Positions 37,134 through 47,479 of a DNA stretch of 64,000 bases are shown one piece after another (within the stretch, counting starts at the first letter, position 1; each line of letters starts with the position of its first letter). The position numbers and the translations under genes are program-made. The notes under the pieces were generated by a model, which worked only from the letters and a program-made list of their open reading frames with translations, made no database searches and was not told the origin of the DNA. This stretch comes from Anaeramoeba ignava BMAN (Eukaryota > Protista > Anaeramoebae): NCBI GenBank assembly GCA_028826165.1, contig JAPDFW010000135.1:62001-126000 (forward strand). The letters are read 5' to 3'.

Positions 37134-38925
37134 TTAATTTTGATTATTAAATTTTTTAATTAATAAATCAAATAAATTTGGATTTGTTTGATTTAATTGA
37201 AAATAATCAATTCCAATTTTAATTTCATCAATAATTTCTTGTGTAATTTGAATTTCATTTTTGATTTGATTTGAATAAATCCAATATTCAAATATTTGAA
37301 ATGATTTATTACTTAATTCACTATAATCTGTAACTTTATTAGAAGTATCTTCAGTTACAGATAAAAACATTCCTCGATATAATTCACTTCTCATTATTAA
37401 TATTAATTTAGGAAATTTATATTGTTTTTCTTTTCTTTCAATTATAAAATCTTTTTCATTTTCATTTTCATTTAAATAAATTCTTTTCATTGTTTCTTCA
37501 ATTTTTTCATTGGAATTTATATTTTCTTTAATTTCAGAATATAATTTTGGATTTATATTCTATTTGAATAAATCATTTCAAATATTTGATTTGATTCTTT
37601 AATTGATTTATTTGAAATAATTTCTTGAAGTTTTTCAATTTGATTTTGATTTTGATTTTGATTTTGATTTAATCTATATTTCAATATTAATTTATGAGCT
37701 TCAATTATTTCTCCATTTTCTGTTTTAAATGAAATATCACAAAATTCTTTTCTTCTAAATAGTTTTATCAAATCTTCTTCAAGATTGGAAAAAGAAAGAG
37801 CAGAATAATAAAAAAATGATTTTTCATTTCTACAAGAAATATGATAATTAGAAATATTTTCATTAAATCTTAATTTAGGAAGTTCAATTTGAATAGGAAT
37901 TGATTGACTATTTGTATCTCCAGTTCCTAATTGACCAAATTCATTATTCCCAAATCCAATTAATTTTGAATTAGAAGTTAAAATCAAAGTATGCAGATTT
38001 CCAACAGAAAAATCAAGAATATCATCATCATTTTCAAATAAAGATGATTTGATTTCAGTAAATTCATAAGTATCTTCATTTTTGCCAAGTCCATTGTATA
38101 GAGAATATCCACATGAATAAAGTTTTCTTTTTGGATTTTCATTTTCATTTTCATTTTCAATCAACATTATTGAAAAATTAAATCCAGATTGAATATCAAT
38201 TATTTTGCCTTTTGGAATATTTTGGATTTTGGTTAATTTTCTTATATATGTTTCTTTTTTTCTTGATTCTCCTAATCCAACTTGACCAGAATTATTATAT
38301 CCACATCCAAATAATTCTTGATTTTGAATTTAAAAGAAAAACATGATTTGAAGTATTTCCTGAAAATATTTTAGAAACATTTTTCATCATTAAAATTGGT
38401 TTTTCTGTTTCTTCAAGTGTTTCATAATCAAAACCAAGTTGATCATAGTGATTTGAACCAATTCCATAAGCATTTTGATTTGAACTTAATAAGTAAATTG
38501 AATTATTTCCAGAAACAACATCTTCAATTATTCTATCATTTGTATCTTCAATTAATGATGAAATATTGATAAATTCATTTTGGATTTTTGGATTGATATT
38601 TCTTCCTTTGGCAAATACATTTCCTTCTATTGTTAAAATATTTTCATTTTCTTCACCAACAGTTACTTTTTGAATATTTTCTTCAATTTGGATTTTTATC
38701 AGGATTTTGTTTTGAATCTTCTTGATCTAAATATTCTATTGCTTTTCCATTTTTAAAAAGGAAAATTGTTGATAAATAACTTGATGAAATTTGTTTAATT
38801 TGTTTTTCATTTTCATTTTCATTTTCATTTTCAAATTTAAATTGAATTGGCTTTGTTATTTTTTCTGGTTCATTTTCATCCAAAACAACAAAATCATTTC
38901 TTCCAAAAAATAAACAATCATTCAT
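37134..38925 (-). CDS. RCC1-repeat-BTB-BTB protein, copy C (indels near 38695, 38323, 37555)
   Basis: Collinear with copy D. Confidence 0.85.
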
Positions 38926-38998
38926 TTTTAAAAAATAAAAAAATGAAAAAATTAAAAGTCGAAAAAAAAATTTGAATTTCTTTTCTTGTTAATTTTTT

Positions 38999-41900
38999 TT
39001 AAAAATATTTTTGTGTTTCCAATTCTTTTAATCGATTATTAAATTGATTAAATTGACTTAATTGATAAAAATCTTCTGTGTCATTTAATTCTTGAATAAT
39101 TTTTGTTAAATCTTTTTTTAAATTTAAATTTAAATTTAAATCAAATTCTCCAAAATAAAAGTAATGAATAAGTTGTTCAAGACTTCCTTTACTTTTCCCA
39201 CTATAATCTTTAACAGAATTTGAATCATCTTGAACATTCAAAAACATTTGTCTAAATAAATTTGATCTTAAAATTAAAATCAATTTATGAACTTTGATTT
39301 CTGAAGAATCATCACAAATAATTTTGAAATCTTTTTCAATCTTTTTCCAAATAAAGATTAACAAAATCTTTTTAATTCCTGATTCATCTTTTTGTTTCCG
39401 GATCCAATTTTTATCAAATCCTAATTCTTGTGAAATGATTTGAATTTTCTTTTCATTTTGAATTTGGGAAAAATTATCTGAACTTGTTAAATATTCTTGA
39501 AATAATTTTTGAGAATCAGAATCATCAAAATTAAATTGATTTGATTTCCAATAAAATGAAAAGAATGGATGTTTTGACTCAATTAAATTCCATTCATCTT
39601 TTTGAAATTGATTCAAATCAAGATTAGAAATTGGATCAATCATTCCAGTATAAATGAAAATCAAGAAAGGAATAACTTGATTTTCAGGTTTTGATGAGAA
39701 AACTTCTTGAATTTTTGTTAAAATTGAATGATCATTATCAAATCTCATCAATAAAATTAGTTTATGAACTTTGATATTTCCATCTAAATGATTTATTGTG
39801 AAATCACAAAATTCTTGTCTCAAAAATAGATTAAATAAATCAATTTGCAAATTTTTGGAAAGAATTGGGAATTCAAATCTGAAAAATTCACTTTCAATAA
39901 ATGGACAAGGTTTATTTTCTCTAATATATCCAATTGCAAAATCTTGCATAATATCTTTTTCCTTAATTTGATTTGGGCTCAGTTCAGAAATTCCTGAATG
40001 TGATAATGATATATTATAAAGCAAATTAGAAGAGATAATACTGATAAATTTTGAATTCTTTGTGGATAAAATAACGAATCTATCAGTTTCCAAAGGAGTA
40101 ATAACTGAAGGAAGACTCCAGACAAATTGAATTTTATCTCCAACAATTTTTCTATTCAAAATTTTGATTCCCACAAAACTAGTTGGTTCAATTATGATTG
40201 GTGATTGACAAAGAATAATTTTAGAATAAGAATAAGAATAATATCCAATAATAAATTCTTCCTCGATCATTCCACCTCCAATTTGTATTTTGATTTCTAC
40301 TTCTCCTTTTTTTTCACATTTCTCATTTTTGTAATAAACTTGAAAATATTTTGGTGCTTCTTTTTCTTTAGATTGAAGTTGTGATTTAAATAAAATTATT
40401 TGATCATTTTGATGAGGTTCATAATTATTTGATAATTCCCATGATACTTTTATTGTTTCTCCAATCTTTGTTTTTTCTGGAGATGATTTAATTATTCCTC
40501 CTTCTAATGGAAGAACTTCAATTTCTTCACTTTTTGCAAAAGGTTTATATTTGTATTCACTTGTATAATATCTAAATTCAAATATTTGATTTTCTTCTGT
40601 AATATAATTTCTAATATCAAATGTTAATTTTCCCTTTTTTTTATGCATTGGAATATATTGATAAGTTAAACCAGGAGTAGTTGTAGAATCTTTCAAAAAT
40701 AAAGCAATACGACCGAAATAATTTGCTTGATAATATTCAGGTATCTCCCATTCAACATCAATTAATTCTCCAAATTTAATTTCATTTTTGGAAACTGATA
40801 ATTTGAAATCTTTTCTATTAATCTCTTTCACTTTAATTTCTTCACTTTTCATTAATGATATTCTTCCATAAAATTTAATATATCTAAATTCAAATATTTG
40901 ATTCTCATCTTTAATATATTCATTAATATCAAATGTAAATTTTCCTTTTCTTGCTAAATTTGAATTATCTTTAATAATTAAAGAGTTATCAATTCGAGGA
41001 AATTTCAAAAATAAAACAATCCGATCTCCATGAATTGGCTGATAATATTCAGGTAATTCCCATTCAACATCAATTGATTCTCCAAATTTAATTTCATTTT
41101 TGGAAACTAATAATTTGAAATCTTTTTTATCAAATTCTTTCACTTTAATTTCTTCACTTTTTGTTATTGGGTTTTTTTGATCTTTTGGATAATATCTAAA
41201 TTCAAATATTTGATTTTCTTCTGTAATATAATTTCCAATATCAAGTGTAAATATTCCTTTTTTTGCTAAATTTGAAGTAAATTTCCTAAATAAATAATTA
41301 TTGATTGGAGAATCTTTCAAAAATAAACCAATCCAATCTTGTTTATTTGAATGATAATATTCAGGAAATTCCCATTCAACATCAATTGATTCTCCAAATT
41401 TAATTTCATTTTTGGAAACTAATAATTTGAAATTTTTTTTATCAAATTCTTTCACTTTAATTTCTTCACTTTTTGCTATTGGGTTTTTTTGATCTTTTGG
41501 ATAATATCTAAATTCAAATATTTGATTTTCTTCTGTAATATAATTTCCAATATCAAATCTTAATATTCCTTTTTTTGTTAAATTTGAAGTATTTTTGTCA
41601 ACTAAAGAATTATTGAATGGAGAATCTTTCAAAAATAAACCAATCCAATCTTGTTCATTTGATTGATAATATTCAGGAAATTCCCATTTAACATCAATTG
41701 ATTCTCCATATTTAATTTCATTTTTGGAAACTAATAATTTAAAGATTTTAAATTCATCAACTCCAAAATGAGAAGAAGTAAACAATACTTTTTTTTCGTT
41801 TGAAGTTTTGAGATGAGAAATGTATTTAACAATAAATAATTGGGCTTCATTTTCATTTGTATTTTCCTTTTTCAAATCATCATCCAATTTGAATTCAATC

Positions 41901-43069
41901 ATTCCAATTCTTGAAACTCTATCATTATGTTTTTCTATCAAAGGTTTTTGTGATAAATCATTTAAATTTGAATGAGAATCATAATAAAAAAGTGAAATTG
42001 AATCTGAAATGTTTGGTTTGTATTCATCAGGTAATTTGAATTGAATTTGAATTGGTAAACCAAATGTAGGTCTTTTTGCTATAATTTCAATTCCATTATT
42101 TTCCAAGAATTGGATTTGGAATGGTTTGCTGACACATTGGCTTTTATCATCACATGAAAAAAATCTAAATTGTAAATTGTCAAGAAAATTAATTGTTTGA
42201 TAATCTTTTGTTTGGAAAATAATTGAATCTTTTCTATTTGTTTGATGAATATATCTTATTTCAATATATTGTGAACTTATTGAGTTTTCATAAAATAATC
42301 CAATCCGACTTGTTTCAGATATCTCAAAATCTTCAGGAAACTCCCATGAAACTTCAATGGATTCTCCAAATAAAAACTTTTCTTTAGAGAGAATAAGATG
42401 ATTTTCTGGAATTTTGGATTTAATAATAAAAGGTTCACTTTCTGCTATTGTGTCTTCATTAACTGCAATGTATCTAATTACAAATTCTTCATTAGTTTCA
42501 TTTCTCATGCAAGATCCAGTATTAAAAGTTGCTGTTCCATTCATTGTTGCATTGTGATTAGCCACATAATCTAAATAAGAATTATAAAATGGTTCATCTT
42601 TGGGAAATAAGCAAATCAAATCCCAACGTCTTAAAGAATAACCATCACAACCATCATCTCCATTGGGTATAAAATTAACAGGTAATTTCCAAGTTGTTTT
42701 AATTTCTTTTTCATTAATTTCATCAATAGTAATTATTTTTTCAAAAGGAATAATTTCAAAAACTTCAGAAACAAGAATTGATTTGGATTTATTTTCAGGT
42801 AAATATCTAATTTGTAATTTGTTCTTCCATATTTCCACATAATTGACATTAAGAAATGTTGTTCCTTCTAATTGAGAATTTGAATTGTTTTTATAAGTAA
42901 AGTAAATTTCATTTTTTTCTTTTGTAGCGTCAAAAAGTGCAATTTTATCATTTGATTTTGGTTGAAATTGTTCAGGAAGTTTCCATTCAACAATAATTTC
43001 ATTTTGATTTGTTAATTTAACTTTTTTGTTTTCATAATTTTTAACTTGAATAAAATATTTTTGTTCCAT
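38999..43069 (-). CDS. Tandem SKICH/Ig-like beta-sandwich repeats (about 9-10) plus BTB-BTB, 1356 aa
   Basis: Repeated I.V.W.LP..DWIGLF..G...F..FEFRY..S..F/I units; C-terminal EFCDF..VHKLIL and KDF..VHKLILILRS.LFRQMF. Confidence 0.75.
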   Translation of the reverse strand: MEQKYFIQVKNYENKKVKLTNQNEIIVEWKLPEQFQPKSNDKIALFDATKEKNEIYFTYKNNSNSQLEGTTFLNVNYVEIWKNKLQIRYLPENKSKSILVSEVFEIIPFEKIITIDEINEKEIKTTWKLPVNFIPNGDDGCDGYSLRRWDLICLFPKDEPFYNSYLDYVANHNATMNGTATFNTGSCMRNETNEEFVIRYIAVNEDTIAESEPFIIKSKIPENHLILSKEKFLFGESIEVSWEFPEDFEISETSRIGLFYENSISSQYIEIRYIHQTNRKDSIIFQTKDYQTINFLDNLQFRFFSCDDKSQCVSKPFQIQFLENNGIEIIAKRPTFGLPIQIQFKLPDEYKPNISDSISLFYYDSHSNLNDLSQKPLIEKHNDRVSRIGMIEFKLDDDLKKENTNENEAQLFIVKYISHLKTSNEKKVLFTSSHFGVDEFKIFKLLVSKNEIKYGESIDVKWEFPEYYQSNEQDWIGLFLKDSPFNNSLVDKNTSNLTKKGILRFDIGNYITEENQIFEFRYYPKDQKNPIAKSEEIKVKEFDKKNFKLLVSKNEIKFGESIDVEWEFPEYYHSNKQDWIGLFLKDSPINNYLFRKFTSNLAKKGIFTLDIGNYITEENQIFEFRYYPKDQKNPITKSEEIKVKEFDKKDFKLLVSKNEIKFGESIDVEWELPEYYQPIHGDRIVLFLKFPRIDNSLIIKDNSNLARKGKFTFDINEYIKDENQIFEFRYIKFYGRISLMKSEEIKVKEINRKDFKLSVSKNEIKFGELIDVEWEIPEYYQANYFGRIALFLKDSTTTPGLTYQYIPMHKKKGKLTFDIRNYITEENQIFEFRYYTSEYKYKPFAKSEEIEVLPLEGGIIKSSPEKTKIGETIKVSWELSNNYEPHQNDQIILFKSQLQSKEKEAPKYFQVYYKNEKCEKKGEVEIKIQIGGGMIEEEFIIGYYSYSYSKIILCQSPIIIEPTSFVGIKILNRKIVGDKIQFVWSLPSVITPLETDRFVILSTKNSKFISIISSNLLYNISLSHSGISELSPNQIKEKDIMQDFAIGYIRENKPCPFIESEFFRFEFPILSKNLQIDLFNLFLRQEFCDFTINHLDGNIKVHKLILLMRFDNDHSILTKIQEVFSSKPENQVIPFLIFIYTGMIDPISNLDLNQFQKDEWNLIESKHPFFSFYWKSNQFNFDDSDSQKLFQEYLTSSDNFSQIQNEKKIQIISQELGFDKNWIRKQKDESGIKKILLIFIWKKIEKDFKIICDDSSEIKVHKLILILRSNLFRQMFLNVQDDSNSVKDYSGKSKGSLEQLIHYFYFGEFDLNLNLNLKKDLTKIIQELNDTEDFYQLSQFNQFNNRLKELETQKYF
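40490..41750 (-). repeat. Four intragenic 312-bp (104-aa) tandem repeats
   Basis: Anchor TTTTGGAAACT recurs with GG at 40790, 41102, 41414, 41726 (exact 312 spacing). Confidence 0.92.
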
Positions 43070-43109
43070 TTTGAAATGAAAAAAATGAAAATTAATTTTT
43101 GCTTTTCAA

Positions 43110-43437
43110 AAATGAAAAAGATTTTATAATTGAAAGAAAAGAAAAACAATATAAATTTCCTAAATTGATATTAATAATGAGAAGTGAATTATATCGAGGA
43201 ATGTTTTTATCTGTAACAGAAGATAAATCTAATAAAGTTACAGATTATAGTGAATTAAGTAATAAATCATTTCAAATATTTGAATATTGGATTTATTCAA
43301 ATCAAATTAAAGATGAAATCCAAATTACACAAGAAATAATTAATGAAATTCAAATTGGAATTGATTATTTTCAATTAAATCAAACAAATCCAAATTTATT
43401 TGATTTATTAATTAAAAAATTTAAAAATCAAAATTAA
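43110..43437 (+). pseudogene. 3' remnant (second BTB) of the RCC1-BTB family, inverted orientation
   Basis: NEKDFIIERKEKQYKFPKLILIMRSELYRGMF..; no upstream RCC1 part and no family ATG. Confidence 0.85.
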
Positions 43438-43479
43438 TTTTTTCATTTTTTTCAAAACAAAAAACAAAAACAAACCCAA

Positions 43480-44220
43480 ATGGATAATAATAATAATAAC
43501 CAAACTGAAATTGTCGAGATTTACAAAAAGGAAAACCAAGATTTAAAAAAGGAAATCGAAGATTTAAAAAGGGAAATTGAGAAAATGAAACCAGTTTTTG
43601 ATAAGTATCGAGAACAATATCAAAAAGATTTGGAATATCAAAAACAAATAAAAGAATTGAGAAAACCATTTTCAAATTCGGAAATTATTCAAGATATTGA
43701 ATATATCCAGACATTAAAAGAATGGATAAATGATAATGATTTCTTTTCCAAAATGAATTTGGGATTTTCAGCAAAAAAAGATGGATTTTCTGCTCAAAAT
43801 TGGCATAAAGCAGTTGATAATAAAGGAAAAACATTAGTTATTATTAAAACAAAAGATAATTTTATTTTTGGAGGATTTACTCAAGTTGGATGGCAAGGAA
43901 AGAAAGGATACATTAGTGATTCAAATGCATTTATTTTTTCATTAAGAAATGATAAAGGGGATAGAAATCCTCAAAAATTTACAATTAAATATGGAAAAGA
44001 ACAATATGCAATTGTGGATGATTCGGAAAATGGACCTATTTTTGGATATTCTTGGAGGGATTGGAATTTAAAATCTAATTTACAACCTGGTTATTCAAAT
44101 TTTGGAGAAAGTTACAATCTCCCTAAAGGAATTAAATATGGAACAGATCTCGCACAAACTTATTTATCTGGTTCTTATACTTCATCTGTCGTTGTTGAAC
44201 TTGAGACTTATTTCATTTAA
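43480..44220 (+). CDS. Coiled-coil-TLDc protein (BTB-less paralogue of 28906-30474)
   Basis: Same MDNNNNNQ start, EKMKPVFD, EWINDNDFFSKM and TLDc motifs. Confidence 0.9.
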   Translation: MDNNNNNQTEIVEIYKKENQDLKKEIEDLKREIEKMKPVFDKYREQYQKDLEYQKQIKELRKPFSNSEIIQDIEYIQTLKEWINDNDFFSKMNLGFSAKKDGFSAQNWHKAVDNKGKTLVIIKTKDNFIFGGFTQVGWQGKKGYISDSNAFIFSLRNDKGDRNPQKFTIKYGKEQYAIVDDSENGPIFGYSWRDWNLKSNLQPGYSNFGESYNLPKGIKYGTDLAQTYLSGSYTSSVVVELETYFI

Positions 44221-44331
44221 AAACTTTTCTTTCTTTTTTTTTTCAAAATTCCATTTTATTTTTCATTTACTTTCAATCAAATGAAATGAAAAAAATGAAT
44301 AAGAAACAAATCATTTAATTTTTTTTAATTT

Positions 44332-45474
44332 TCAAAAATATGTTCGATGAATAATTGTTGGTCCAATTTCATTATATTCATACAATGAAATACATCGGTC
44401 TTGAAAAGTAGAAAATGAAGCCAACATTGATCCACCAATCCAAGATGAATATTTTCTTTCTTCAGGTGCAATAATTTTAACTTTCATTCCATTTTTTTCT
44501 GATAATTTAGATATTTCTTTTTTAAATCTTTGTTTGATTCCAGGAAACATTGAAGTTCCTCCAGATAAAATAATATTAGAAAATAAATCTTTTTTGATAT
44601 CCTCATCACATTTCATAATTGAATCATAAATCATTTCATGAATTCCTTTTTCCTCTATTTCAATCAAAGAAGGTTGAAATAACGCTTCTGAACATCTGAA
44701 TCTTTCTTTTCCAATTTTGATAATTCGACCATCAAATATTTCATAATTTTTTTCAATTAATTTTTCTTCTTGATTAATTTCTTTATCAAAATCCAAAGCA
44801 ACATATCCAAATTTTTCTTTAATATCTTTAATAATTGCAATTTCAGCAGTTGTAGTCAAAGAATATCCTTTTTCTGTTAACATTTGTAATAAATAATCAT
44901 TTAAATGTTTTCCTCCCAAATTTAATTTATTGATTGAATTTAATAAAACAGAGCTTTCATAAACAGGAACAACTTGAATAAAACCACCTCCCATTTCAAC
45001 AACAACTCCTATTGATCTTCTTGTTGATATTAATGATAAAACAGATTGATTTTCAAGATCGAAAAAAGGAGTACAAAATGTTTCAAACATAATTTGAGTA
45101 ATTTTCTCTTTATGTATTTTTGAATTGAAAACACTATCCATTAATAAAGCAGGATGTTCTTCAGGAGCAACTCTTAATTCATTATAAAAACAATGATGCC
45201 ATATTTTTTCCATATCATCCCAATTTATTACTGTTCCATTTTCAATCGGATATTTCATTCTTAATATTCCCCTTTTTGCAATTGCTTCATCTCCAATATA
45301 TGCATCTTTTTGTCCCATTCCTACCATTACTCCCATATATGCTGGTCTTCCAACTATTGATGGAATAATTGATCTTGGTTTTTCATCTCCTGCAAATCCT
45401 GATTTTGAATAAGTTGTTCCATTATCAAATATTACAATTAGATTTTCTTCCAATGTATAATCACCAAAACTCAT
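44332..45474 (-). CDS. Divergent actin, copy 2
   Basis: Near-identical to copy 1. Confidence 0.95.
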   Translation of the reverse strand: MSFGDYTLEENLIVIFDNGTTYSKSGFAGDEKPRSIIPSIVGRPAYMGVMVGMGQKDAYIGDEAIAKRGILRMKYPIENGTVINWDDMEKIWHHCFYNELRVAPEEHPALLMDSVFNSKIHKEKITQIMFETFCTPFFDLENQSVLSLISTRRSIGVVVEMGGGFIQVVPVYESSVLLNSINKLNLGGKHLNDYLLQMLTEKGYSLTTTAEIAIIKDIKEKFGYVALDFDKEINQEEKLIEKNYEIFDGRIIKIGKERFRCSEALFQPSLIEIEEKGIHEMIYDSIMKCDEDIKKDLFSNIILSGGTSMFPGIKQRFKKEISKLSEKNGMKVKIIAPEERKYSSWIGGSMLASFSTFQDRCISLYEYNEIGPTIIHRTYF

Positions 45475-45636
45475 TTTTTGGAAAGATGAAAAAAAATGAA
45501 AGAAAAAAATGAATTTTAAATTTTAATTTTAATTTTAATTTTAAATTTAATTTTAATTTTAATTTTAATTTTATTTTTAATTTTAATTTTAATTTTAATT
45601 TTAATTTTGATTTTAATTTTATTTTTAATTTTGATT

Positions 45637-47427
45637 TTAATTTTGATTATAATTTTGATTATTAAATTTTTTAATTAATAAATCAAATAAATTTGGATTT
45701 GTTTGATTTAATTGAAAATAATCAATTCCAATTTTAATTTCATCAATAATTTCTTCTGTAATTTGGATTTCTTTTTTAATTTGATTTGAATAAATCCAAT
45801 ATTCAAATATTTGAAATGATTTATTACTTAATTCACTATAATCTTTAACTTTATTAGAAGTATCTTCTGTTACAGATAAAAACATTCCTCGATATAATTC
45901 ACTTCTCATTATTAATATTAATTTAGGAAATTTATATTGTTTTTCTTTTCTTTCAATTATAAAATCTTTTTCATTTTCATTTAAATAAATTCTTTTCATT
46001 GTTTCTTCAATTTTTTCATTTGAATTTATAATTTCTTTAATTTCAGAATATAATTTTTGATTTATTATTCTATTTGAATAAATCATTTCAAATATTTGAT
46101 TTGATTCTTTAATTGATTTTTTTGAAATAATTTCTTGAAGTTTTTCAATTTGATTTTGATTTTGATTTTGATTTAATCTATATTTCAATATTAATTTATG
46201 AGCTTCAATTATTTCTCCATTTTTGGTTTTAAATGAAATATTACAAAATTCTTTTCTTCTAAATAATTTTATCAAATCTTCTTCAAGATTGGAAAAAGAA
46301 AGAGGAGAATAATAAAGAAATGAATTTAAATATCCACAAGAAAGATGATAATTGAAAATATTTTCATTAAATCTTAATTTAGGAAGTTCAATTTGAATTG
46401 GAATTAATTGATTTATTGTATCTCCAGTTCCTAATTGGCCAAATTCATTATTTCCAAATCCAATTAATTTTGGATTGGAAGTTAAAATCAAACTATGCAC
46501 ATGTCCAACAGAAAAATCAAGAATATAATCATCATTTTCAAATAAAAATGATTTGATTTCAGTAAATTCATAAGTAAATTGATTTTTGCCAAGTCCATTA
46601 AATTGATAATTTCCACATGAATAAAGTTTTCTTTTTGAATTTTCATTTTGATTTTCATTTTCAATCAACATTATTGAATGAGTATATCCACATTGAATAT
46701 CAATTATTTTGCCTTTTGGAATATTTTGGATTTTGGTTAATTTATCAATTTTTTCTTCTTCTTTTTTTGATTCTCCTAATCCAAGTTGACCAGAATTATT
46801 CCAACCGCATCCAAATAATTCTTGATTTGAATTTAAAAGAAAAACATGATTTGAAGAATTTCCTGAAAATATTTTAGAAACATTTTTCATCATTAAAATT
46901 GGTTTTTCTGTTTTTGGAAGTGTTTCAGAATCAAAACCAAGTTGATCATATTCATTTGAACCAATTCCATAAACTATATGATTTGAAGTTAATAAGTAAA
47001 TTGAATTAGCTCCAGAAACAATATCTTGAATTATTCTATCATTTGTATCTTCAATTAATGATGAAATATTGATAAATTCTTTTGTATTATTTGGATTAAT
47101 ATTTATTCCTTTTGCAAATATATTTCCTTCTATTGTTAAAATAGCTTCATTTCCATAACCAACAGTTACTTTTTGAATATTTTCTTCAATTTGGATTTTT
47201 TGAGGATTTTGTTTTGAATCTTCTTCATCTAAATATTCTATTGCTTTTCCATTTTTAAAAAGGAAAATTATTTCAAAATATCCTGTTGAAATTTGTTTAA
47301 TTTGTTTTTCATTTTCATTTTCATTTTCATTTTCAAATTTAAATTGAATTGATTTTGTTATTTTATTTGGTTTATTTTTAAAAAATTTTGGATATTTATT
47401 TTTACCAAAAAATAAAATTTCATTCAT
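45637..47427 (-). CDS. RCC1-repeat-BTB-BTB protein, copy D (intact, 596 aa)
   Basis: Uninterrupted ORF with RCC1 repeats and two BTB domains. Confidence 0.92.
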   Translation of the reverse strand: MNEILFFGKNKYPKFFKNKPNKITKSIQFKFENENENENEKQIKQISTGYFEIIFLFKNGKAIEYLDEEDSKQNPQKIQIEENIQKVTVGYGNEAILTIEGNIFAKGININPNNTKEFINISSLIEDTNDRIIQDIVSGANSIYLLTSNHIVYGIGSNEYDQLGFDSETLPKTEKPILMMKNVSKIFSGNSSNHVFLLNSNQELFGCGWNNSGQLGLGESKKEEEKIDKLTKIQNIPKGKIIDIQCGYTHSIMLIENENQNENSKRKLYSCGNYQFNGLGKNQFTYEFTEIKSFLFENDDYILDFSVGHVHSLILTSNPKLIGFGNNEFGQLGTGDTINQLIPIQIELPKLRFNENIFNYHLSCGYLNSFLYYSPLSFSNLEEDLIKLFRRKEFCNISFKTKNGEIIEAHKLILKYRLNQNQNQNQIEKLQEIISKKSIKESNQIFEMIYSNRIINQKLYSEIKEIINSNEKIEETMKRIYLNENEKDFIIERKEKQYKFPKLILIMRSELYRGMFLSVTEDTSNKVKDYSELSNKSFQIFEYWIYSNQIKKEIQITEEIIDEIKIGIDYFQLNQTNPNLFDLLIKKFNNQNYNQN

Positions 47428-47479
47428 TTTTGAAATGAAAAAAAATGAAAATTAATTTTTGCTTTTTTAATTTTAATTT

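Noticed and set aside
25857-47427. Diversity-generating retroelement behind RCC1 variability
   Set aside because: No reverse transcriptase or template repeat in the window, and the differences are not adenine-specific
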